In this document: piece after piece, positions 11,677 through 20,525 of the stretch
Layout of the letters: the number at the start of each line of letters is the position of its first letter
How positions within the stretch are numbered: the first letter of the stretch is position 1
DNA from: Wallemia ichthyophaga EXF-994
Lineage: Eukaryota; Fungi; Basidiomycota
Direction: 5' to 3'
NCBI RefSeq assembly: GCF_000400465.1
Contig: NW_008806274.1
Location: forward strand, 750,244 to 782,243
Length of the DNA: 32,000 nucleotides
Translations under genes and position numbers: made by a program
The notes under the pieces: generated by a model
Told to the model about the DNA's origin: nothing
Database searches by the model: none
Seen by the model: only the letters and a program-made list of their open reading frames with translations

Positions 11677-12239
11677 TCAAATATTGGCTTTGGATGAGCT
11701 GCCGACGGCATCTCCGTACTCTTGCGTGTTCTCGAGCTGAGCCTCAACATACTCTTAATGTTTGTCAAGAGTGTCTTGGTAGAATTCTTGGTTGAAAAGC
11801 TTCGATTTGTTGAAATCATCAACACTCTTATCATGCTCTATGTCAGAGCTGTCTTAATTGCCACCAGTTTCCTTTGGAGCGTACCAGAGAGTTAGACGTG
11901 TACTTTCCCCAACACCATGATCTTACCACCCTACTCGGTGTCAGTAGGATAAGCCTTGTAACAAATAACGGTGCTTAAATATTAGTCAGTCCTATACTGC
12001 GCTCTATTGGTAGAGAGCTTGATGTCCGTTTGCCATCACTGTAAGTAGGATAGTCTGGGGTCGCTAGAAGCTGGCCTTACACTGGTTGAGCTTGAGCTTG
12101 GCATCAACTGGCCGTCGTTGTGCATCGTAGGAGGATCGACATCGCTGTCTCGTGCGATTGCAGAGTATGCGACATGCGCAAGACCAATTGACATTGTGGA
12201 CACAGTGAATAGACTATTGAAGACTTGAGTAAGGAGCAT
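11677..12239 (-). other. Unresolved small gene or pseudogene (coding-like segments, several splice-like signals, no clean model)
   Basis: A CT-rich leader and CACAATCGCCATG at 12239; donor-like GTAAGG, GTAAGA and GTACGC; branch/acceptor-like CTGACATAG and CTAATATTTAAG. A hydrophilic frame ends at TGA 11679-11677, followed by a T-rich 3'UTR-like tract. I could not assemble a stop-free model with introns of normal size. Confidence 0.3.
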
Positions 12240-12510
12240 GGCGATTGTGTTGTGAAAAAGGAAGAAGACGCTAGAGCGCGTTTTGAAAACCCTTCCGAAC
12301 AACTAGAAGCAATGTGAAATATTTCACCGCGCTCATGAGAATGGCTTTCCTTGAAGCTATGGGCTGAGTCATGAAAACATTGTGTGAAAGAAGCCAATGT
12401 CAGAGTGGAAGGATGTCAAAACGCCACCTCCATCATCGCAGTCTTGCCTTTAAAATACTCACTTTCCACACCACTCACCGCTCACACTGCCAAGTTTAAA
12501 TGTATTGCAT

Positions 12511-13665
12511 CTATGCATCCGCTAAGAGACTATCCAACAAAGCATCCTGTTCAGCAGTCTTGAGGTGATCCACAAACCAACTCAGCCCCACTCCGCTTTC
12601 GAAGAAAGACTGGAGGTCGCTGAGCGAGAGGTTAACTCTATGATCAGTAATGCGAGATTGTGGGTAATTATAAGTTCTAATTTTATCGCTTCTATCCATA
12701 TTCCCAATCTGACTAATGCGACCCTTCTTCCTCTCATCGATCTCATCCTGCATTCTCTTACTGAGTAATCTCGACGAAAGGACCTGATAAGCGCGCTGAC
12801 GATTCTGCTGCTGTGAGCGAGTATCCTGCATACTGACTTGTATGCCTGTGGGTATATGTGTCAATCGCACTGCGCTTTCTGTCTTATTGACATGCTGTCC
12901 ACCTGCACCCCTCGCTCTCATCACCTCGAGCCGGACATCTTTCTCGTCGTAGAGGGCTTTCTCGGCCATCTTGTCCACTACAGGCATAACAAGGACGCCT
13001 ATAGTGGAAGTATGCACGCGACCCTGCGTTTCTGTAAGAGGAACTCTCTGCACTCTATGGACGCCTTTCTCGAAACGGAGCAAGGGCCATGTATCAGTCC
13101 CTTTTATTTCCAAAATCGCCTCTTTGATAGCGCCGCTGACCTCATTGTTGACATACGTCGTGCTGAGCAGGGAGCTTGACCAGCGTTGCGAGTCGCTGAA
13201 TGCTGTATACATCTTGAGCATATCCTGTACGAATAGAGCGGATTCAGAACCACCTACACCCGCCTTCAATTCTAGTAGGATTCCCTTGGGTGATAGCTGG
13301 CTGTGAGCGTTGGAGGCTAGAATGGCCTCAGTGAGGCTATTGTAGTTGGATTGAAGCACTGCGCTACACTCTTCCATCTCGGCTGCAGCCATCTCGCGCA
13401 AAATATCGTCCGGCTCGTCAGAAGCCATCTTCTCGGTTGTGTGGAGCGTATCCATCGACTGCTGGTAGCTGCTGTATAAATCTGGCAGCGTATCAAGCTC
13501 CTTGAGTCTGCGAGATCGAACTGCTAGCGTCTTGTTGTCGAGATCGGATGACTTCTCAACCAACGACAGCCGCTCATCGAGGTACTTGTTCGCTAGCTTG
13601 AGTAGTTTATCGTGTCGTGTGTTTGCGCTGAGTGGACGCGCCCATCTGCATAAACTCAATCTCAT
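12511..13665 (-). CDS. MRF1: Mitochondrial peptide chain release factor 1, 384 aa
   Basis: Single ORF. Arg/Ser-rich presequence-like N-terminus; FEKGVHRVQRVPLTETQGRVHTST (RF1-type PxT); RARGAGGQHVNKTESAVR (GGQ); KIRTYNYPQSRITDHR. Confidence 0.95.
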   Translation of the reverse strand: MRLSLCRWARPLSANTRHDKLLKLANKYLDERLSLVEKSSDLDNKTLAVRSRRLKELDTLPDLYSSYQQSMDTLHTTEKMASDEPDDILREMAAAEMEECSAVLQSNYNSLTEAILASNAHSQLSPKGILLELKAGVGGSESALFVQDMLKMYTAFSDSQRWSSSLLSTTYVNNEVSGAIKEAILEIKGTDTWPLLRFEKGVHRVQRVPLTETQGRVHTSTIGVLVMPVVDKMAEKALYDEKDVRLEVMRARGAGGQHVNKTESAVRLTHIPTGIQVSMQDTRSQQQNRQRAYQVLSSRLLSKRMQDEIDERKKGRISQIGNMDRSDKIRTYNYPQSRITDHRVNLSLSDLQSFFESGVGLSWFVDHLKTAEQDALLDSLLADA

Positions 13666-13773
13666 CCCAAGCTCAAGCTGATGATCGCAATTACGAATAG
13701 AATATGATTACATTGGAATTAAAGTATTTAGATAATTCAGTTTCTTTAAAAATTCTCAAGAGTTTTGAAACTC

Positions 13774-15050
13774 TCACTCTCCTCTCATCTCCTTCCCTTG
13801 GCTCACCTTGCTATCATTCTTAGACAACTTCCCAAACAAAATTTTCACATCCCCTTTGATACGCTGGCTGAAGCTGCGTTTCGGTGTGACTTTGCTGCTC
13901 TTTTGGCTGCTCACTTGGCTGCTGTCGTGGCTGTTCTCTTGCGCATTCGCTTTTTCATTTTCTTGTGCACTTTCACGCGCATTCTCCTCGGTATTTTTCA
14001 CTAGGTTAGCAGAAGAGGATGGAGGAGATACATTGTGGGCTGTCTTGTCAGTCGCTATGGTATTAGCCTGTTCAGACTTAGTCGACTTGGCCCCATCTGC
14101 GCTCTTACGTTGGGCATATTTGTTGGCTACAACAGCTGATGCAGCGCCGGCACCACCAACACCCGCAGTAACACCTGCCAATGCTTCTGTAGCTTTATTA
14201 CTTTCTTGTTGCTTCTTTTCTTCTGTCTTCTTCTCGTTAAAGGTATTCTCAACACGCGCAGCTGTTACGCCTTCAATGTGTGGTATCGTCGATGGCTCCG
14301 TCTGCAATTTCTCCAGAGTAGGGAATGTACCACTGGGAAATTCCATTGGATTTGATAAAGTGGAGAATTTGGTGTGTTCATCTTGTGCTCTACTTGCCTT
14401 GGTTGACTCATTTGCTGCAAGACCTGCAGCCACACCCGTACCTGCGCCGACACTTGCGCCTGTCAAACCAGCAACAGCAGCAGCAGCTTTCTCTGAGTAT
14501 TCTCCAAGCACACCTGGCTGAGTGTCATTTGCGAGGTCTTTCACGGGTATGGATGGATCATGATCGTCTTGTTTGAGCTTCTCAGCAACTTCATGCAGAT
14601 TGCTCGCTTCTTGATCGTTGGCTGATTTCGCAATATGATCTGCGTATGCGTCTACTTTCTGAGATGCTGTGTCGTACGCTCTCGCTGCTGCGTCTTTAGC
14701 CTGACCAGGGGCGTCTTTGAGGGACGCAGCGGATGCACCCGCGCCTGCTGTACCCGCTGAAGCGTATCCACCGGGCATTTTGGTGCTCAAGTCAGGGGTA
14801 CTAGATTGCTTATGTTCATTCTGCTCCTTATCAGCGTTGGTAATTGGATTTGAGAGGTTGGCGGTGGTGTTTGTGGTGCTTTCAACGCCCTCCGCACCAT
14901 TTTCACCGCCAGTATCCCCAGCAACTCCAAGTGCGTCTAGGGAGTGTGAGAAATGTGATGATATGCGTGCGTATTCAGCCTACTCTGTACATCGTTAGCC
15001 CAATCATCAGAATTTTCTGGTGGCGTGTTTATTGCTGGTTTTTGGTTCAT
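13774..15050 (-). CDS. Ala/Gly/Thr/Lys-rich hydrophilic LEA/hydrophilin-like protein, ~409 aa
   Basis: Exons 15050-14984 and 14936-13774; a 47-nt intron GTAGGC..CTAG extends the ORF-track frame to MNQKPAINTPPENSDDWANDVQNALGV. Low complexity, no Cys, LEA-like AKDAAARAYDTASQKV. The C-terminal SFSQRIKGDVKILFGKLSKNDSKVSQG resembles a CsbD-like motif (inference). Confidence 0.75.
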
Positions 15051-15176
15051 CTTCGGTGTTATGATGGAAGCGTCAGCGCCTGCGTCTACGTCACTGGAAA
15101 TTAAGACGCGTATTTGGAATTGAGGACGATGGAAATGGTTTAAATTTTATTTTAACATTTCTACTTAAATTTAAGT

Positions 15177-17191
15177 TTATAATACATTTTTATCTAATTC
15201 ACGTGTTATCACCATCCTCACCTCACGCAAAGTCATTGCCGATTTCCGCTTCGAAGGGCTGTCAACTTCTGTGCCTGTGAGCGGTGATTTGGGTGATTTG
15301 GGTGACTTTGGTGGGTGTGTTGTGCCACTACTAGCATTGTTTGGTGTGGTAGCGGCAAGCAGTGGGTGTGCACTTGGTGACGGTGGCACTATCGCGTGTC
15401 CAGCAGAGCCACTTAAACCGCTTAAACTTGTTGGCATCTCCAGATACTCCACCCTATCTACCAACTTGAGGAAAACAAAATCCGGGCAAAGATTGCATAG
15501 CATCTTCAGCGAATCGCATGCTTCAGCTGTTTGTAGTTGTACTGATCAGCACAGCACACTGTGATAAATTACTTCAAAACTCACCAGCTGACATTGCAAC
15601 CTTGCTTGATTTGACAATCACAGTCGCAACCTCCTGCAATGGCCTCGCTCTTCTTTTGCGCGATGTTGGCGTCGGCAGACTGGCAGAAGGCGACGAAGGC
15701 ACGTTTGAGACATTCGGGGCGAATAGCCTGTTATATAGTGTGATGAGAAAGAGTGCTTTAAATGGTCGCAAACCCAAATTAAACCCACAAATAAACAGCT
15801 TCAGCAACAGCTGGTAATCTAGACAATCTACTGCGACGTTGGAACACCTCCGACTTGACAGCGTGTGATTGTTTGTTGAACTCACTGCCTCCACCCAACT
15901 GCTCCTCTTTTGCCTTACGCTTTAGTTCCATCTTGGCTCGGACGCTGGCTTCGAGGTTCTTCTTGCGCTCCGCCATGGTCATAGTTGACGGAGCCTTGGT
16001 GGGCGTTGCCGGTGCTTCTTTGGATGGCGTTCTGAACACATCATTCACATTACTCTCATCTTCCTCCGCCATCATTGTTTTGGCTTTCTTGAGCGAACGC
16101 GGTGGCGGTGAGGGTGACTTGACGCGTGCACGCTTGACTGGAGCAGTCTGCATCAATTTCTCAGCATTATTGTATGAAGCCATTCTCTTCAGTGCATCTG
16201 ACGGTGTCTTCGGTCTGGTTTTCATAGGCAGCTGCGGTAATTGCTTTGAAGGCGTGTTTGTGACACTGCGCAGGAAGTCTCCCGGGTATACTTTTCTCTC
16301 AGAAGGCGACTGAGGCGTGCTGTCCTCTTTCTTGGCTTTCCCTTTAGATGCGGTGGATGGGGGTGTGAGGAGACCTGATCTGGTTATAGAGGAGGACAGT
16401 TGATTGGAGTGTGATTTGGGTGTTTTGGTGACATCTTCGAGCTGGCTATTCATCCATGTCTCGAACTGCTCATTAACCCAAGCTTTAGCCCTCTCTGTCA
16501 CAATCTCTCTCCTCCTGTCTGTCTGTCGGAACCACTCATCTTTGGCTCTGGCAAAGTCTCTCATGACCCCAATCGCACCTTTTGCAGTCTTCTCCTCTTC
16601 GATAGCCACTTCCATACCAATAGAGTACTCTTTGACGCGTGTGGTGGCGATGATAAAGCCAATATCGTCGTTCCAGAGATATTTGAGTTTAGATAGAGTA
16701 GCTGGATTAAGGTTTTTGGAGCTAGCTGATGCGACGAGCTTCGACAGCGTATCAAGATCGATGAGGGTATCAAAACGGAGGATGTGTAAACCTTGTTTGT
16801 AAGTCTTGAGTGAGGAATGCCCAGCTCTGTGAGATTCCGAAAAAGGCATGATTAGTGGAGGAGGCAAGGCTGAGGAAGTTGATAAGTGAATTCTGAACGC
16901 GTTCTCAACGGCATTGTGTAGATCGATAAGGCTCTCTACAGCAACAGGCAGGCGTGAGTTGAGTTTTGAGCGCGTAGGGCGTGCAGGCGGTGCGTTGAGA
17001 GAGTATGAAGGGCAATGAGAGGATGAAGTGGTGGGTTGTGGCTCATTAAAATCCTCTTCATCAGATGAAGGCAAATCCTCATCTAATAACCTGCGTTTGC
17101 CCTTGTTGGCGGGAGTGTTACGCGTTTGTTGAGCGAGTTTGAAGAATGGGCTGTCTTGCAAGTCGATATGGGCATTTCTAGGCGTTGGCAT
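15177..17191 (-). CDS. CDT1: DNA replication licensing factor Cdt1-like protein, ~631 aa
   Basis: Exons 17191-15789, 15727-15585, 15526-15177; introns 61 and 58 nt. The spliced C-terminal winged-helix-like region reads RRSRLSRLPAVAEAVYLLF..RKRRARPLQEVATVIVKSS..MSAAEACDSLKMLCNLCPDFV..VEYLEM..LREVRMVITRELD, as I recall for basidiomycete Cdt1 C-termini. Confidence 0.78.
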
Positions 17192-17200
17192 TGTAGAATA

Positions 17201-17206
17201 ACGCGT
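17201..17206. promoter_or_regulatory. MCB-like element ACGCGT in the CDT1/RDI1 divergent gap
   Basis: Exact hexamer 10 nt from the CDT1 ATG. cdt1 is an MBF target in fission yeast, but this hexamer is common in the window. Confidence 0.3.
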
Positions 17207-17306
17207 AATTATAATAAATTGATTTCACTTGTGTGACGAGACGACGAATGAGTTGGATGCGCTTGAACAAGAACCCAATCGACGACGATATCAACGATAT
17301 TTAAAA

Positions 17307-17997
17307 ATGACTGAAAAGATTGACGATCAAGAGCTGCAGACATCTACAACGCCTGGATATAACCCTGGAGAGAAGAAGACGCTGGATGAGTACGCGCAGT
17401 TAGACTCAAACGATGAGTCATTGAACAAGTTTGTCTGGCTTTTGAAGCTTTATACATTCTAATCCACCCGCCTCAGATGGAAAGCTTCCCTTGGTATTGG
17501 TGCAGGCGCTGCGAATGAAAATGGCCCAAAGGTTGGTGTCATTGGTATCCATTTGACATATCCCCCTCACAACACACAACACACAGATTGAATTCATCAG
17601 CCTCTCGCTCGAATCAGCTACTCGCCCTGAACCAATCGTATTCAACTTTGCAGAATTAGAAGGCAAAAAGGAACATATCAAGAAGAATCCTGTCTCTATA
17701 AAGGAAGGCACTGAGTACAACGTTAAATTAGACTTTAAGGTCAACCACGACGTCATCTCTGGCTTGAGATACGTTCAGGTCGTCAAAAGAACTGGCATGA
17801 CTGTCGACAAAATGGAAGAAATGGTTGGGTCGTACGGTCCTAGCCAAAATCCTTATGAGAAGAGATTTGCTACTGAGGAATCTCCTTCAGGAATGCTTGC
17901 TAGGGGTACTTACAGTGTCAGATCGCGTATCGTCGATGACGATGGCCATATCTACGTCGATTTCGACTGGGCATTCAAAATTTCTAAGGAGTGGTAA
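17307..17997 (+). CDS. RDI1: Rho GDP-dissociation inhibitor, 195 aa
   Basis: Exons 17307-17428, 17477-17531, 17587-17997; introns 48 and 55 nt. Motifs GYNPGEKKTLDEYAQLDSNDESLNKWKASLG, IKEGTEYNV, SGLRYVQVVKR, MVGSYGP, PSGMLARGTY, W.FKISKEW. Confidence 0.95.
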
Positions 17998-18294
17998 TGG
18001 TTTATTATTCGATACTGCTCTATTACTCTCCTCGCTTTCTCACTTTCCACACTTTTCTCTCTTCACTTCTCCCACTTATATCACACCAATAACAAACACC
18101 CAGTTCTATGGAATATCAATACGAATATCTCCCTCTTTTTACTTTGAAATATCAAACGTATATCAAAATACATGTTAGATTTACAAAAAGCTGAATGAAA
18201 AATCTGACTTGATGGGAGTGATACAGTTGTGGAATGGTTTTGTCGATACATCCGGGTACAGCTAGCAAAACAACTTCACTTCAAGTGCCCACAT

Positions 18295-18526
18295 TTATTG
18301 ATAGTTCTGCGCGTTGTAGGCATCCATGGCAGCTTGGTTCTTGATTGTACCGCTTGATTGAGTTGGTGTAGCGTGAGCCTGGTAGATGTTTACCTAGTTA
18401 TTGAGTTATTAAGGCATCTTACTTCCATGGCCAACTCACAGAACGTGCTTTGTGCATGTTTGTAGGCGTTGGTACGGCAATTGCGATAGCAGCGATTGAT
18501 AAGACAGCGTATCCGAATAATTTCAT
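18295..18526 (-). CDS. Small secreted Cys-free prepropeptide, 61 aa (absent from the ORF track)
   Basis: Exons 18526-18440 and 18393-18295; 46-nt intron GTGAGT..CTAG; start context AAAAATG. Product MKLFGYAVLSIAAIAIA-VPTPTNMHKAR-SVNIYQAHATPTQSSGTIKNQAAMDAYNAQNYQ. Confidence 0.82.
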
Positions 18527-18996
18527 TTTTAGGTTGTGAGGTGGGGGTTGTAGTTTTGGTTGCGATAGAAGAAAGAAACTATTCCATTATGGGCCTAATC
18601 TTTACCCAAATTTAAAATTTTCTTTGTGACTGCGGATAGTGAAACGAAACAGAGTTGTGCTACTTGTGAGTGTTTGTGGATTTGAAACTGGTTAGGTTTG
18701 GTTAGCCAGCAACTCTTAACTCAGCCTTAGCTTCACATATCCATATTGGGTTTAATTGATCACTTCCTTTTCAGTCTGAGAAGATAGCTCGGATAGACAT
18801 CAGCTGCAGATCATCAAATGCTGCTGAAAATATGCAGAGGAAGAAGCTGTCGATTAAAACTTACTGCAATCCTCACTTTCAAGACAATTTGCACACATCA
18901 ACTCATCAAATCAAATCAAGTCGTAATTCATGTAATCGTTATTTGCTATCACATCTGAAAAGTGGGCTAATCACGCTGCGAAATGTTCAATTCAAT

Positions 18997-19269
18997 CTAC
19001 TTCTGCAGTTGTTCGTCCACTTTGCCCAGCTTACCCATGTGGGAAGAAGGGCGAGAGCTTTCGAGGACTGCTGGATCGTTGGTGAACACGCGATCATCCT
19101 GTGTGTTGAGATTAGCAGGCTATCAACGACGTTGGCTGTTACCCACCACGTTCAGAGTCTCTGCACCATCACCGCGAGAATTAGTCGTCGCTGTCGTTGT
19201 GTCTTTCTTCATTTCTCCTTCCTCGTTGCTGTTCTTAAGCTTGTTGAGCATATCCTTTGTAGTTTGCAT
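18997..19269 (-). CDS. Small hydrophilin-like protein, ~74 aa (63 aa if a further intron is spliced)
   Basis: Exons 19269-19147 and 19098-18997; 48-nt intron GTGGGT..GCTAAT..CAG. A 53-nt 5'UTR intron GTATGT..CAG (19322-19270) ends directly before the ATG. Product MQTTKDMLNKLKNSNEEGEMKKDTTTATTNSRGDGAETLNVDDRVFTNDPAVLESSRPSSHMGKLGKVDEQLQK. Confidence 0.75.
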
Positions 19270-19686
19270 CTGCGTAGTGTGGCGTTAATTTAGCTCAATT
19301 GCGTCGAAACACAATCACATACTGTTTAGATGTTCGTTGTGAGATATTAACCGTGGAAAGTCGTCTACGATTGTTCTCACCCTCTCTACACATGACATTA
19401 CGCACTTGAGACATATGACGTTTTCATTTCTTTTCACACACTTATCTTGTTCCATTGAATGTTTACAAGCGCGGTCAACGAGAGTATTTGCTACTGATGC
19501 TGAGCTTGTTTAATGCATAGCAAATGCATCCGTTGCTAGTCTGGTGATGATGCAACTGAATGTTGAATAGCTAGACTGGAAAGTAGCGGAATTTTACAAG
19601 GCTGGTAATTACTCAGCATCATACGGCTACTTAAGGAGTCAAAAGTGATGAAGATTTTCACCTGCTTATGGATTTGGTAAAAATAA

Positions 19687-19760
19687 CTCTCCGAGGTGGG
19701 CTCGAACCACCAACCTCCCGATTAACAGTCGGACGCGCTAGCCAATTGCGCCATCGGAGA
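19687..19760 (-). tRNA. tRNA-Asn (anticodon GTT), intronless
   Basis: TCTCCGA-TG-GCGC-AATTGGCTA-GCGC-G-TCCGA-CTGTTAA-TCGGG-AGGTT-GGTGG-TTCGAGC-CCACC-TCGGAGA-G. Full cloverleaf, G discriminator, T-run terminator just downstream. Confidence 0.97.
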
Positions 19761-20525
19761 TTTTTTACCTGTGCTAAAGCTATAGCCTAATTACACTGAT
19801 TTTGTATTTCCCGCTCAAATTTTCATCGATTGTATGCTTTTCCAACCGTTTTCGACTAATCGATTCATCTACACGCATTGCGCGTGGCACTGACGACAAC
19901 ATATCTCATAGAATTTCTTATGTAAAAGACACATAATGACCAGAATCACATTAAAAAGAAAGATTACCAAGATCAATATTCAGTTTGAATTAGGTCCAAT
20001 ACTCAGAAATTTACACTCTATACAAGCCCTTTACGAGGTCTTCAAACCGCAATTGACTACGTACCAAAGATTCTCCGGTAATTTAGCGTAACTGAGAACC
20101 ACCAACAATTTACAATTTACGACAATAGTCGAGAAACGCTTCCAGCAAATTTGGTACCCCCTTGAGTCCTCATGCTTTAAGAAATATTGATGGACGCAAT
20201 TTTAAACATGTATGGTCTTAACAATATCTTCAGATCTCATCATCATCATCATGTTTTTGCAAGCTCGTATGGTAATTCATCAGATTCCGAAATCTTCAAA
20301 AACACGCACATCATCTTTAAACTCTCAATTTGTTCCGGTCGTACGTCGATGCTATTCGCTGTCACTGTGATGATACCTGGCTATCGCCAGACGGGCCTAG
20401 CACCGTCCACCCTTAGATAAAGACCCTATAATGTAGCTGCCATGCTTTACTTTTGTTCAATGCTACCTTTGCCGCTGCTAAAGACCACATCCACACGTCC
20501 TCAGGCCTAACCTCGTCTCACAAGA

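Noticed and set aside
13808-14521. 237-aa plus-strand ORF
   Set aside because: Exact antisense shadow of the low-complexity LEA-like gene; no independent gene signals.
18832-19293. 153-aa and 101-aa hydrophobic plus-strand ORFs
   Set aside because: The minus strand has a coherent spliced gene with canonical introns; these ORFs are its antisense.
19544-19560. GTGATGA..CTGA box C/D-like motifs
   Set aside because: The boxes are only ~5 nt apart, with no distal box D or guide; not a plausible snoRNA.
19936-20420. Short plus-strand frames (51 aa + TAA + 32 aa; 77-aa ORF with a CAT repeat/His run)
   Set aside because: No motif, signal peptide or homology recognisable by eye, and compatible with random AT-rich sequence. 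Counted only as weak support for the decaying-island idea.
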